IMG/VR virus record: IMGVR_UViG_3300023214_000296
Coordinates: 1 to 36,743 of that record
Length of the DNA stretch: 36,743 nt
Source: a virus
Taxonomy: Duplodnaviria > Caudoviricetes
Direction: 5' to 3' (one strand)
The notes beneath the pieces are model-generated. The model was not told the origin of the DNA. It searched no databases and saw only the letters and a list, made by a program, of their open reading frames with translations. The first letter of the stretch is position 1. The number at the start of each line of letters is the position of its first letter. The position numbers were made by a program, and so were the translations under genes. Shown in pieces: positions 15,878 through 25,477 of the stretch.

Positions 15878-17611
15878 ATGTCTAGTGAAAAAGTTGAATT
15901 ATTGGTTCCGCTAAATACGGTTGCGCAACCAAAATATATAAAAACTTTTGCTTCTGTAAATAAAGCAGTCGCATCCGCCCCAATGTCTGACTTGCTTTTT
16001 ATGCGTTCACTTCTAGTAAGTACTGGTGGAAACTCCAATGATGACGTTTTCCTTAGAGAAGAAATGTGGAAGGCTCGCTCTTCTCCAATTCTTAAGCCAG
16101 TTGATTGGGAACATAATACTGGTAGAGAGCGTAGTGAAGAAGAACAACTAACAGACCCAAGTCGTGTTGTCGACGACAACCAAACCATAGGTGTAATGTA
16201 TAATACTTATGCTGCTGATAAAAATGGTGTATTGATTAGTGTAGAACAAGCTGAAGCTTCGGATTTTGAAATTCCAGAAGAGTTTCACATTATCGATGAG
16301 GCTGTTATTTGGAAAAATCTTTATCCAGTAACGGCTAAAAGAATCGAACAAGAAGCTAAAGCTGGTAAGCTCTTTGTATCAATGGAAGCCTGGTTCACCG
16401 ATTACGACTACGTTGTTGGCAATAAAGTTGTTGCCAGAAACGAAGAAACTGCCTTTTTAGAGAAAAGTTTAAAGGCAAATGGTGGAACTGGGGTGTATGG
16501 TAATAGTAGAGTGAAGCGCGCTCTTAAAAACATTACTTTTGGAGGCAAGGGAATAGTGGCTCGACCAGCGAATGAACCATCCGTAATAATGGAAGTAAGT
16601 CACGAACCAATTGCCGCACAAGCTTCTAGCAACCAAGCAATAGCAAATAACATCATCGGAGATGTAAGCAAAATCAAGGTAGAAAATTTTAGAGAGGAAA
16701 AAGAGATGAGCAACGCTAACGCAAATGAAAAGACCATCCCTCTTAACCTTTACACTGAAGCAACTGAAAAGGCCGCAAGCCTTGAGGCTTCAGTTAAGGC
16801 AAAAGACGATGAGCTTGTTACAGCTAAGAGCGAAGTAAGTGAACTTAAGGGTAAGCTAGACGGCATTGAAGGCGCTTTTGTAAAAGGCGCAGAGCTTCTA
16901 GAAGAGAAGATTCCGGGTTTTGCTCGTAAGGTTGCACAAGGTGCACCTGAGGATTTCTTCGGCGCAGTTCTTACTGAACTAGAAGAGAAGGAAAAGGTTG
17001 AGGCTGAAATTCGCGAGAAGCTGAATGAAGCTGAGGCAAACCTCACAAAGGTTCAGGAAGATGCTCGCACTACCGCTCGCGAAAACAAGATTGACAACCT
17101 ATTGGGTCTTGGCAAGATGGGTGACGAGATGAGCGATGAGGAAAAGAAGAAGAAGGAAGAAAAGAAAAAGAAGATGATGGGCGCAGTTAGCGGACTTAGT
17201 GATGAGCAGTTCGATGCCCTATATTCTGTCTGGGCTGAGGAACGCGCAGAGGTCAACAAGGTGGCAGAAGCTGCTACTGACGAAGGGAAGAAGAAGAAGA
17301 AGAAGAAGGAAGACGAAAAGGGCGACATGGGTGGCGATAGCTCATCTGCATCAGACCTTGTTAAGAAACTACTTGCTTCACTATCAGTAGAGAATGAAGC
17401 GCCCGACGAAGATGAGGTTTCAAAGGCTGTTTCTAAAGCTCTTTCTGACCAAGATGGGCCAAGCGCCGAAGAGAACCTTATGGCAATTCTAAAGGACGCT
17501 AAGGCTTCTAACGATGCTCCACCAGCAGGTGCTGGAGAGCCAGAGGGCTTTGACCTGAACACCGCAATGGCTGGCCTAGTTGCCGATATTGCCGGCGAAG
17601 ACAACGAATAA
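15878..17611 (+). CDS. Prohead protease / scaffold fusion
   Basis: N-domain NxNDDVF..KPVDWEH..VSME..FGGKGIVARPA; charged coiled-coil C-half; position between portal and capsid; start moved to ATG 15878. Confidence 0.75.
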   Translation: MSSEKVELLVPLNTVAQPKYIKTFASVNKAVASAPMSDLLFMRSLLVSTGGNSNDDVFLREEMWKARSSPILKPVDWEHNTGRERSEEEQLTDPSRVVDDNQTIGVMYNTYAADKNGVLISVEQAEASDFEIPEEFHIIDEAVIWKNLYPVTAKRIEQEAKAGKLFVSMEAWFTDYDYVVGNKVVARNEETAFLEKSLKANGGTGVYGNSRVKRALKNITFGGKGIVARPANEPSVIMEVSHEPIAAQASSNQAIANNIIGDVSKIKVENFREEKEMSNANANEKTIPLNLYTEATEKAASLEASVKAKDDELVTAKSEVSELKGKLDGIEGAFVKGAELLEEKIPGFARKVAQGAPEDFFGAVLTELEEKEKVEAEIREKLNEAEANLTKVQEDARTTARENKIDNLLGLGKMGDEMSDEEKKKKEEKKKKMMGAVSGLSDEQFDALYSVWAEERAEVNKVAEAATDEGKKKKKKKEDEKGDMGGDSSSASDLVKKLLASLSVENEAPDEDEVSKAVSKALSDQDGPSAEENLMAILKDAKASNDAPPAGAGEPEGFDLNTAMAGLVADIAGEDNE

Positions 17612-17626
17612 ATAGGAGGATTAATC

Positions 17627-18079
17627 ATGGGTCTTGCACCACGTAGACAAGTAAGGGACACAACCAGTAGGTATGCCCTTAATGAAGTATCTGAGCGCGG
17701 TAAAATCTGCGCTATTATCCCAGGAACCACATCTGCTGGTGAGGTTACCGTAAGCGCTAGCCCAACTGGTGTTGGCATTAACGCGATTGGTGTCCTTCTA
17801 GATGATGTTGAAGATTTGAACTTCGACCGCCATCCAGAGTATCGTCAGCGTAGTGTTGTCGACCAGGGTTCAATTGTAAGTATCGCACAAAAGGCAGAAG
17901 TTGAAACTGACCAGATTACTGGAAGTCCAGTTGCTGGAAACTCAGCTTACCTTAACGTCAACGGTACTGTTAGTCCGACTCAGCTTCAAGATGGCCTTGG
18001 CAATAACGCGCCACTAGTTGGTAAGTTCCTAGCTGCGCCAGATGCCAACGGTTTTGCAGCAGTGCACGTGGACCTATAA
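17627..18079 (+). CDS. Head decoration / cement protein
   Basis: 150 aa beta-rich; immediately upstream of MCP; AGGAGG SD. Confidence 0.65.
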   Translation: MGLAPRRQVRDTTSRYALNEVSERGKICAIIPGTTSAGEVTVSASPTGVGINAIGVLLDDVEDLNFDRHPEYRQRSVVDQGSIVSIAQKAEVETDQITGSPVAGNSAYLNVNGTVSPTQLQDGLGNNAPLVGKFLAAPDANGFAAVHVDL

Positions 18080-18089
18080 GGAGAATAAG

Positions 18090-19109
18090 ATGAGCACTAA
18101 GAAAAGGAATCACTATAAAACACTTGACCCTAAGAAGGCCGCATTGCTTCGTCTAACTGGCGACAGCAATAGAACCTTGGCTCGCGCCGCAATGCGCGCA
18201 TTTGCCCAAGCTCTAAATGCACCTCTTCGTCAAGGTATCTTTGATATGGATAATCTAGGCGGTATTTATGCTCGCGAGGTCCTTCCTCCTGGCGCCACTC
18301 CAAACTATCCATTAGACCTTGTTCGTCCAGGAACCGAAGACCTAGACTATACAGCTATCGTGCTACCAAAGCAGGGTCGAGTCCCAGAGCGTAGAGTCGA
18401 AGGCGATGAGCTTTGGGTTCCAACTTTCCAGATTGGCAGCGCAATCGATTGGGACCTTAAGTATGCTCGTGACGCACGTTTCGACGTCGTCCGTCGTGCT
18501 CTTGAGGTCTATAAGGCTGGCTTTGTTCGCAAGGTTAACGAAGACGGTTGGCACACGCTACTTTCAGCAGCAGACTCACGCGGTCTAGTTGTCAACGATA
18601 GTGTTGCTGTCGATGGTCAGTTCACCAAGGAACTCGTTTCCAAGATGCAAACAGCGATGACTCGTAACGCTGGTGGCAATGGTCAGGCTGGTCGACTTAC
18701 TGACCTTTATGTCTCACTAGAGGCAATGGAGGACATTCGAGCATATGACCTTTCCGAAATTGACGACGCAACGCGCCGTGAGATTCTCAACAGTGAGCAG
18801 GGCCGTTCTAACTTCTACGGCACTACGCTACACTTCATGACAGAGTTTGGTGTTGGTCAAGAGTATCAACTATACCTCTCTAACGTTCTAAGTCGCAGTG
18901 TTACTGCTGTTGATAGCGGAGACCAAGAGTTCTGCGTTGGACTTGACCTATCTACCAATGATAGCTTTGTCCAGCCAATTCGCCAAGAGCTTGAAACCTT
19001 CGAGGCCGGTCCAGAAATGCACCGCCAACAGAGGGCAGGAGTTTATGGATGGATGGAACACGGTTTTGCTGTTATGGATAACCGAAGAGTCATTCTCGGA
19101 ACACTATAA
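18090..19109 (+). CDS. Major capsid protein (HK97 fold presumed)
   Basis: 339 aa from ATG 18090 with AAGGAG SD; position; C-terminal GVYGWMEHGFAVMDNRRV; followed by hairpin. Confidence 0.82.
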   Translation: MSTKKRNHYKTLDPKKAALLRLTGDSNRTLARAAMRAFAQALNAPLRQGIFDMDNLGGIYAREVLPPGATPNYPLDLVRPGTEDLDYTAIVLPKQGRVPERRVEGDELWVPTFQIGSAIDWDLKYARDARFDVVRRALEVYKAGFVRKVNEDGWHTLLSAADSRGLVVNDSVAVDGQFTKELVSKMQTAMTRNAGGNGQAGRLTDLYVSLEAMEDIRAYDLSEIDDATRREILNSEQGRSNFYGTTLHFMTEFGVGQEYQLYLSNVLSRSVTAVDSGDQEFCVGLDLSTNDSFVQPIRQELETFEAGPEMHRQQRAGVYGWMEHGFAVMDNRRVILGTL

Positions 19110-19110
19110 G

Positions 19111-19150
19111 CAAACCACAATGGGCGTCAATCTCTGGCGCCCTTGGTTTG
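19111..19150 (+). terminator. Hairpin after capsid gene
   Basis: CAAACCA..GGGCGTCA-ATCTC-TGGCGCCC..TGGTTTG. Confidence 0.55.
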
Positions 19151-19154
19151 TACA

Positions 19155-19183
19155 TTGACGCCGTCACGAATCCTTACTATAAT
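19155..19183 (+). promoter_or_regulatory. Near-consensus sigma70 promoter
   Basis: TTGACG-17nt-TATAAT, 25 nt before ATG 19209. Confidence 0.8.
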
Positions 19184-19208
19184 CAGTCATAGACACCAAG
19201 GAGGGGTG

Positions 19209-20801
19209 ATGGAAACACAAGAGATGTATGAATATTATATTAGCAATAATGTGTCGCTAGCAGATGTTGGTAAAAAATACAACTTGAGCACCTCGGCAAT
19301 TAGAAAGAGGTTTTTAAAAGCTGGGTTAAAGTGTAAGGGGCAAAATTCAACACGCCAGAAGAAAATAGATGAAAAGGAACTTAAGAGGCTTTATTGCGAT
19401 GAGTTACTATCCCAAACGGAAATAGCTAAGCGCCTTGGCGTTGCTCATGGAACCATCAATAATAGACTAAGGAAATTGGGACTGAGTCGTTCTGTAGCTG
19501 AATCTCGCTCATTAAAAGAAGATAACTACAACCTTTGGGATGTTGGCGCCATGAAGGAGGCAAAAAAACTCATAGAGACGCATGGTTCAATCAAAAGGGC
19601 CGCCGAAAAACTTGGGGTCTCAGAGAATTCGCTTCAGCTTTTAAATAAAGCAAAGATAAATGTTCCAGTTCAGACTTGGAGTAAATATGATGAGGATAAG
19701 GTGAAAGGACTTCTAGAGGAACACAAAGATTATGATGTTGTGTCGAGGCTTACCAATATAGACAAAAGTAGTATTGTAAGAAAAAATCACTACTCTTGGA
19801 GAGTAGACTTATCTGCAAATTGCAACCTTTTTGGTATTCGAACAAAGGGTAAGGATGGGTTGGAGTATCAAAGCAAAAATGAAGCGAGTTTTGCCGACAG
19901 GCTATTTGATGCGGGTGTGGAATATGAAGTGCAGGCTAGAGTATGTGACGATAGGCTTTGGCGTTGTGATTTTAAAATAAACGACACATGGATTGAATTA
20001 GATGGGCTTGGCGACTTCAGAAGTCAAACCGGCGATGCAAACTATACAAATAACGACAAGATAAATTACTATAGGAAAAACAACTTTAATTATATAATTG
20101 TAAATAGCGCCAATAGGGAAGAGGTATTAGAAAGATTAGGTGCGCCAAAGGTAATCAAGTGGAGCAAAGACAACATCGAGGTCCGCGAAGTTGAATATGG
20201 CGTGGCTAATAAATTCTGTGCGCGCCACCATTATTTGGGCGGCTCTCCAAATGGAGACAGTGTCCGTCTTGGTTTTTATCAAAACGACAAACTTCTTGGC
20301 GTGGCAACATTTGGCAAGGGCGCTAATCGCTATTTGATTAGCTCCGTTTGTGGCCAAATTAAATATTCTCCTATTAGCACAAAAACACCAAGTGGGTATG
20401 AGTTAACTCGTATATGTATTTTGCCAGCGGTAGATAAAAATTTCGCATCGCACATTATAGGGCGCTCTATAAAATACCTGAGGGCGCTCGGTTGTGAAAT
20501 AGTTGTGACGTTTGCAGACCCAACCTACAAACACGTAGGGAAGATTTATCAAGCCGCTAATTTTATTTACACCGGAATGTCGCGGCCAGATTATTGCTAT
20601 GAGCTTCCAGATGGGTCGATTGTCCACAAAAGCAAATTCCGCTCTAGGAGTAGTTTTACGGAGCGCGACTTGGTTAATCTCGCTGGCGCCAAAAGAATTA
20701 TCCTAGAGGGCAAACATCGATACGTTTACGTCGTAAGTAAAAAATATAAAAAACAAATACTAAACAGCTTAAAGCACTCACAAAAGGATTACCCATGTTA
20801 G
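19209..20801 (+). CDS. Multi-HTH + PD-(D/E)xK nuclease + Mom-like (GNAT) DNA-modification fusion
   Basis: HTH repeats (SLADVGKKYNLS, SQTEIAKRLGVAHGTI); SKNE..CDFKI..IELDG; HHYLG, ELTRICI, FADPTYKHVGKIYQAANFIYTG. Confidence 0.75.
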   Translation: METQEMYEYYISNNVSLADVGKKYNLSTSAIRKRFLKAGLKCKGQNSTRQKKIDEKELKRLYCDELLSQTEIAKRLGVAHGTINNRLRKLGLSRSVAESRSLKEDNYNLWDVGAMKEAKKLIETHGSIKRAAEKLGVSENSLQLLNKAKINVPVQTWSKYDEDKVKGLLEEHKDYDVVSRLTNIDKSSIVRKNHYSWRVDLSANCNLFGIRTKGKDGLEYQSKNEASFADRLFDAGVEYEVQARVCDDRLWRCDFKINDTWIELDGLGDFRSQTGDANYTNNDKINYYRKNNFNYIIVNSANREEVLERLGAPKVIKWSKDNIEVREVEYGVANKFCARHHYLGGSPNGDSVRLGFYQNDKLLGVATFGKGANRYLISSVCGQIKYSPISTKTPSGYELTRICILPAVDKNFASHIIGRSIKYLRALGCEIVVTFADPTYKHVGKIYQAANFIYTGMSRPDYCYELPDGSIVHKSKFRSRSSFTERDLVNLAGAKRIILEGKHRYVYVVSKKYKKQILNSLKHSQKDYPC

Positions 20802-21166
20802 TATATCTCAAAGAACCAATGGGTATTACTACAATCGATGGGGTATTTCTAACTGGAGAGTATTACAATTACGGACGGCATAAGCCAGCGAACGTCTCCA
20901 CTAAATTTTACGCCCGACACAAAGATGTTCTAAGGGAAATTCCAATTACCAAAGAGTGGTTAGAAAAGCATTTTGGACCAAATCCTCCAGTTGAAAAATT
21001 TCTTGGTAGCGAGATATTCCGCTTAAGTATGCCCGAAGTGATAAAGCTTGCCCAATATATGGGTATTAAGTATAGAGGGAAACTTACGCACAATATAGAT
21101 TTTGACCACCGTAAAGCTCTTTATACGGCTATTAAAGTAGCCATGGAGAAACTTGGGGTGAGATAG
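20795..21166 (+). CDS. Hypothetical protein, 123 aa
   Basis: ORF with AAGGA SD. Confidence 0.7.
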   Translation: MLVYLKEPMGITTIDGVFLTGEYYNYGRHKPANVSTKFYARHKDVLREIPITKEWLEKHFGPNPPVEKFLGSEIFRLSMPEVIKLAQYMGIKYRGKLTHNIDFDHRKALYTAIKVAMEKLGVR

Positions 21167-21176
21167 GATACAAATC

Positions 21177-21323
21177 ATGGCTTCTAGAAACGCAAATGGT
21201 AGCATAAAAACCCAGGACAATAACGTAAGGCGAATTTATCATACTGGTGGACGTGTTGTTTCAAGAAACACTAAGACAGATGAAGTCGTAGCGCGAGACA
21301 AGAACACTTCAATTAGAGCTTAA
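21177..21323 (+). CDS. 48-aa basic hypothetical protein (not in ORF track)
   Basis: Hand translation MASRNANGSIKTQ...NTSIRA*; AGGA SD; fills the gap exactly. Confidence 0.6.
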   Translation: MASRNANGSIKTQDNNVRRIYHTGGRVVSRNTKTDEVVARDKNTSIRA

Positions 21324-21324
21324 A

Positions 21325-22869
21325 ATGGCGCTTGTTGACGACCTACGATTAGACCTAGGTGATGATGACGGTTCAGTCCCATCTGGCTCTATATTTTCAC
21401 TACACAACCTATTAAGTCCAACTCATCCAGATACGACGGCGGGGTCACCTTCTGCTAGCGCCATGATTGTAGGTGGTGCATCTACGTGGGGCGCTGTGGC
21501 TAGTGGCGTAGAGTCATCTGTTTGGAGAATACACCAGGGGCAAGCTCAATGGGTCCCAACATCACTTCCTACTGGCAACATTGTAGGGGGCCCAGGAGTA
21601 TCCACAGACAATGCGATTGCACGCTGGAATGGAACTACGGGTCAGTATGTCCAAAATTCCCAGGCAATTGTTGACGATTCTGGGAATGTGCGTGTTCCAA
21701 GCGGTAGCGCTTTTATTATTGGATTGTCATCTACGTATCTAACGGAATATTCCGATGGGGCACTACAGGTTGGCTCTAATCATGGAGATTCTAATGGGGA
21801 GTTGAGGGTTTCTCAACTAACTATTCCAAATACGACAACACAAACTCTAACCTATGTATCTGCGGATGGTGCAGGAAACCTTCAGTTAAGTGCCAATAAT
21901 GGTGGAAGAGCCGTTGATATTGCTGGCGATGTTCTATTAAATAGTAATAGATATATTACATTTAAAGACTCCACTGCTCCATTTCTTGGGACGCAAGACA
22001 CCTTTATTCAAAGAGGCGACTCTCCTGGCGTAATCGATTTTAATACATCTGATGGTGCTGGTGGCGATGGTGCAATTCGCGCGGCTAGCGGATTTTTTAC
22101 CATTGGTTCTTTTGGAGATGGAGCTAGTAATTCGCCGTCAATTGCTTTTTCTAACGACCCAGACACAGGATTTTATAGACCTTCTGACAATCAAATAGGG
22201 CTAGTTCTTGCTGGAATTCCTCAAGTTCGCTGGGGTACAAATGGACAACATATTCCCGGGACCGATTATTTGGGTTTTGGCGGTTCGCTTGGCTCTCCAA
22301 CAACATTCATAACAAACGATGGCACAACTAATGGCCTTGTCCAAATTGGAGTTTCGCAAGGCGCGAATAATGGAATTATTGAGGCCGTTGAGCATAGGGT
22401 TGGACCAGGTAATAATGCAGTACTTGGTAATGCAGGACTTAACATAAGGGATATTAGAGGAATTCAGTGGTATAACGGAACTGTTCAGGGTGGCTCTATA
22501 GATTTAAGACTTCAGCGCGGCGGAAGTGCAATACTTGATGTCAATGCAACAAGTAATGGCGCTGGCGATGGAATAATAAGGACTGGTAATATAGCTATTG
22601 TTGGTCAAGTGTCATCCGATTCATATTTACCACTCACAAACACTGATGGTGTGGTTGTTTGCAGTGGAGTCGCCACAGTTGTTCTTCCAGAATCGCCAGT
22701 TGTGTGGCAGCGCCATATAATTAAGGATGGAATTGGAAATGCTGGCGGTAGCCCAGTTACAGTCGCTCCATCTGGTGTAACAATTGATGGCTCTTCAACC
22801 ACGCAAATCAGCTCTAATTATGGTAGCATTACTGCTATATTTAACGGCACAGAATGGAGTGTCGTTTAA
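21325..22869 (+). CDS. Gly-rich fibre-like virion protein
   Basis: 514 aa; STDNAIARWNGTTG, PSIAFSNDPDTGFY and TIDG..NYGSITAIFNGTEW segments typical of fibre proteins. Confidence 0.7.
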   Translation: MALVDDLRLDLGDDDGSVPSGSIFSLHNLLSPTHPDTTAGSPSASAMIVGGASTWGAVASGVESSVWRIHQGQAQWVPTSLPTGNIVGGPGVSTDNAIARWNGTTGQYVQNSQAIVDDSGNVRVPSGSAFIIGLSSTYLTEYSDGALQVGSNHGDSNGELRVSQLTIPNTTTQTLTYVSADGAGNLQLSANNGGRAVDIAGDVLLNSNRYITFKDSTAPFLGTQDTFIQRGDSPGVIDFNTSDGAGGDGAIRAASGFFTIGSFGDGASNSPSIAFSNDPDTGFYRPSDNQIGLVLAGIPQVRWGTNGQHIPGTDYLGFGGSLGSPTTFITNDGTTNGLVQIGVSQGANNGIIEAVEHRVGPGNNAVLGNAGLNIRDIRGIQWYNGTVQGGSIDLRLQRGGSAILDVNATSNGAGDGIIRTGNIAIVGQVSSDSYLPLTNTDGVVVCSGVATVVLPESPVVWQRHIIKDGIGNAGGSPVTVAPSGVTIDGSSTTQISSNYGSITAIFNGTEWSVV

Positions 22870-22927
22870 TGAGCTATAATGAATTAGTCATGAGTCTAAC
22901 TATATTTAGAGCAGGAAAGGATTAGCG

Positions 22928-23305
22928 ATGGCTCTTTCTGACACCCAATATATATTGTTCCTACAAAAGGGCGCTCGTCGCGTCAATAGAGACTTGGCTC
23001 TCGTTGACACTACAAGCGAAATCGCAGTTAGTGACCTTGGAGTTGTTACTCCAGATGACGATGACCTTAAGGATATTTTACTGCTTGCAACAGAGTGCCT
23101 AATTGCTCAAAGGGACTTTAACGAATCGCTATCTAGTGGTAGTGCTGGCGTGCGTGTTAAAGACGGAGAGCAAGAAGTTGACACTAGAGATGCAGCAGCA
23201 AGTAGAACTGAATTTTTCAACTCGCCATATAGCCCATGTAAGCTTTATTTAGATGCTATTAGAGATGAAAAAATACGCAGAAATAGCGGTAGGATGGTCT
23301 ACTAA
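22928..23305 (+). CDS. Putative head-tail adaptor
   Basis: Size, position, helical N-terminus and VRVKDGEQEVD beta hairpin. Confidence 0.5.
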   Translation: MALSDTQYILFLQKGARRVNRDLALVDTTSEIAVSDLGVVTPDDDDLKDILLLATECLIAQRDFNESLSSGSAGVRVKDGEQEVDTRDAAASRTEFFNSPYSPCKLYLDAIRDEKIRRNSGRMVY

Positions 23306-23823
23306 TGGTGATGGTTCCAAACAATGAAAGCTTTTCTTCAAGTGCTACATCTGGTATTATGACGGGAACGCTTTCTACATTCAAAACACAAATGGACAGA
23401 TTGCTAATTGATGGGCGAACGATTACATTGGACCTATCTCCAAGCAAAACGCCCTGCACGAGTTCTAGTTGTAAGTATAATCAAACATACAATCAATATG
23501 TCGGTATAAATAATAGACTTTGTCGCTCATGTAGCGGAAAGGGTTTTGTTTTAACGCCGCGACAAACGCAATACAAATGCAATAGGCGTTGGACAAATAG
23601 ACCATTTCTTGATGCACCAGAAGCGCCAGTTCGTCTTTTAGATAATTATGTGCGTGTTAAAACACATATTGCATCATATGACCATCTCCTAGAAGCAGAG
23701 AGTGCAACGCTTGATGGCCAAAAGGTTTACTTGGTTCAGCAGCCACGCAAAAGCGGCTGGAATAACTCAAATCTATATGTAATCTCTTGGTGGAGTAGAA
23801 AGAATAATAGCGAAAATGGTTAG
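23305..23823 (+). CDS. Putative head-closure protein with Cys cluster
   Basis: Position; C..C and CRSCSGKG. Confidence 0.45.
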   Translation: MVMVPNNESFSSSATSGIMTGTLSTFKTQMDRLLIDGRTITLDLSPSKTPCTSSSCKYNQTYNQYVGINNRLCRSCSGKGFVLTPRQTQYKCNRRWTNRPFLDAPEAPVRLLDNYVRVKTHIASYDHLLEAESATLDGQKVYLVQQPRKSGWNNSNLYVISWWSRKNNSENG

Positions 23824-24490
23824 TGTCCCAACAAGGCTTGGTATTGAAGTTGGACAAATTGACGACAGAACATTAGAGAGCGCCATTAAAACTCTTGCTG
23901 CTCAGCGTGCGCAGATTTTTAAGATTAAGGCGATAGCAGAAAGAGCGGTTGATAAAGCGGTTGACGATAATCAGTTTGACTTTATTCCATTCGATGAGGA
24001 AATTGGAGAGCTTGGTATTGGAGATGGCGGCTCGGTAGATACAGAAAAAACAGAGGGGGCATGGAAATTGCTTCAACCATCGACCCCTGGGTCGTTCACA
24101 ACCGTAAACGTGAAGCGTGTCGCGACTTCTCGCGGAGATATTCCCGGTGCGCCAATTAGTATTGGTGTAATCGAAGTTCAAACAAAAATAAAATCCTTTC
24201 TAAAACATCCGCTATGCAATGTGCCAACCCCAGATTCAGAACATATAGATAATATTCCATGGATGAAGTGGCTTATTTTTGGCGCACCAGCTAATTCTGA
24301 TTTTAGATTCGAATCAAGGGTGTTACCAAATACAAACTCAAGGACTGGAGAGGGTATTATGGTTAGGGGTGGACTTTGGACTTTTCCGCCGGCTAGACCA
24401 AACGCTTTTCAAAATCTTCGTGATGGTATTTTTCTTCAACTACTTAGAACGTTTGAAAGGGAAAACGTTGGCGACGTTTTGTTTGTGTAA
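23816..24490 (+). CDS. Putative neck / tail completion protein
   Basis: Position in neck module only. Confidence 0.4.
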   Translation: MVSVPTRLGIEVGQIDDRTLESAIKTLAAQRAQIFKIKAIAERAVDKAVDDNQFDFIPFDEEIGELGIGDGGSVDTEKTEGAWKLLQPSTPGSFTTVNVKRVATSRGDIPGAPISIGVIEVQTKIKSFLKHPLCNVPTPDSEHIDNIPWMKWLIFGAPANSDFRFESRVLPNTNSRTGEGIMVRGGLWTFPPARPNAFQNLRDGIFLQLLRTFERENVGDVLFV

Positions 24491-24492
24491 AA

Positions 24493-25404
24493 ATGACAAG
24501 TCATGGCCGTAAAGCTCTCCTAAAAAGCAATTTAGAATTTTGGCTCAACGACAAGTTGTTGCGCAACGGAATGTACGAAACAATTAGCGTTGATGAGCAA
24601 AATCTATATGCTGAAGATTTAAGCGTCCTTCAAAACCAAACACCGAATGGGGCTAGTGCTGGAGGGATATGGCAGAGCGCTTTTAAAAACTGGGTATACG
24701 AATCTGGAATACCATCGCCTGGTGTTGGCATAACGGCACCAATTGTGGCATCTGGTGTTACTGTGAACGGCACATTTTACCCGGAATCAACAGTGGGGGC
24801 CTTTTCTCACAAAATTGACCATAGGAATGGTCGTGTAATTTTTGACACCCCGATATCAACATCGTCAACCGTAAAGGCAGAATTTAGCTATAAACTTGTT
24901 ACAGTAGAGGATGCAAGGCGCTTTGATAGAAAACGTCAAAGGTTATTAACTGAAACGGAATATAAGGATAACCCATATGCAACCGGCGTATCTATTTATC
25001 CAACTGTAGATACAAAAACTCTTCCAGCTATATGGATTGATGTTGTTGGACGTAGTAATACCGGACATGAATTGGGAAATAAATCACTAATAGCTTCATT
25101 TAATTGCGTATTCCATGTGTGGGCGCGAGACGCATATCTTGTCGATATGATTGAAGATATACTTTGCGAAGAAGAGCAGTCAGTTATACTGGGTGTGGAC
25201 TACAACACGGCGCCATTCGCACTTCTTGGTGCTGGAGAAAAAAATCCAAATTACACTCAGTATTCTGATTATGCGCAGCTATGGACGCCGTATTTTTGGA
25301 GAAGAATTTACATACAAGACGTGGAGAGCCAATATGACTCTCCGTATCACGAAATTGAAAGGGCACGCATACGGTTTGTTAGTACAATTTACCCAAACTA
25401 TTGA
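24493..25404 (+). CDS. Putative tail terminator / completion protein
   Basis: LPAIWID and GHELG segments; directly upstream of tail tube. Confidence 0.5.
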   Translation: MTSHGRKALLKSNLEFWLNDKLLRNGMYETISVDEQNLYAEDLSVLQNQTPNGASAGGIWQSAFKNWVYESGIPSPGVGITAPIVASGVTVNGTFYPESTVGAFSHKIDHRNGRVIFDTPISTSSTVKAEFSYKLVTVEDARRFDRKRQRLLTETEYKDNPYATGVSIYPTVDTKTLPAIWIDVVGRSNTGHELGNKSLIASFNCVFHVWARDAYLVDMIEDILCEEEQSVILGVDYNTAPFALLGAGEKNPNYTQYSDYAQLWTPYFWRRIYIQDVESQYDSPYHEIERARIRFVSTIYPNY

Positions 25405-25477
25405 TTTGGTGTATAAATTGTGGTAGCAAAACATAAAAGCGCAAAGCCTCATCTCTACTAGGTGAAAGGAATTAAAA

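Noticed and set aside
17140-17320. GAA/AAG tandem repeats
   Set aside because: They encode Lys/Glu tracts of the scaffold domain and are not an independent element.
17053-17778. Long antisense ORFs here and across TMP and chaperone genes
   Set aside because: Shadow frames of charged, low-complexity coding sequence.
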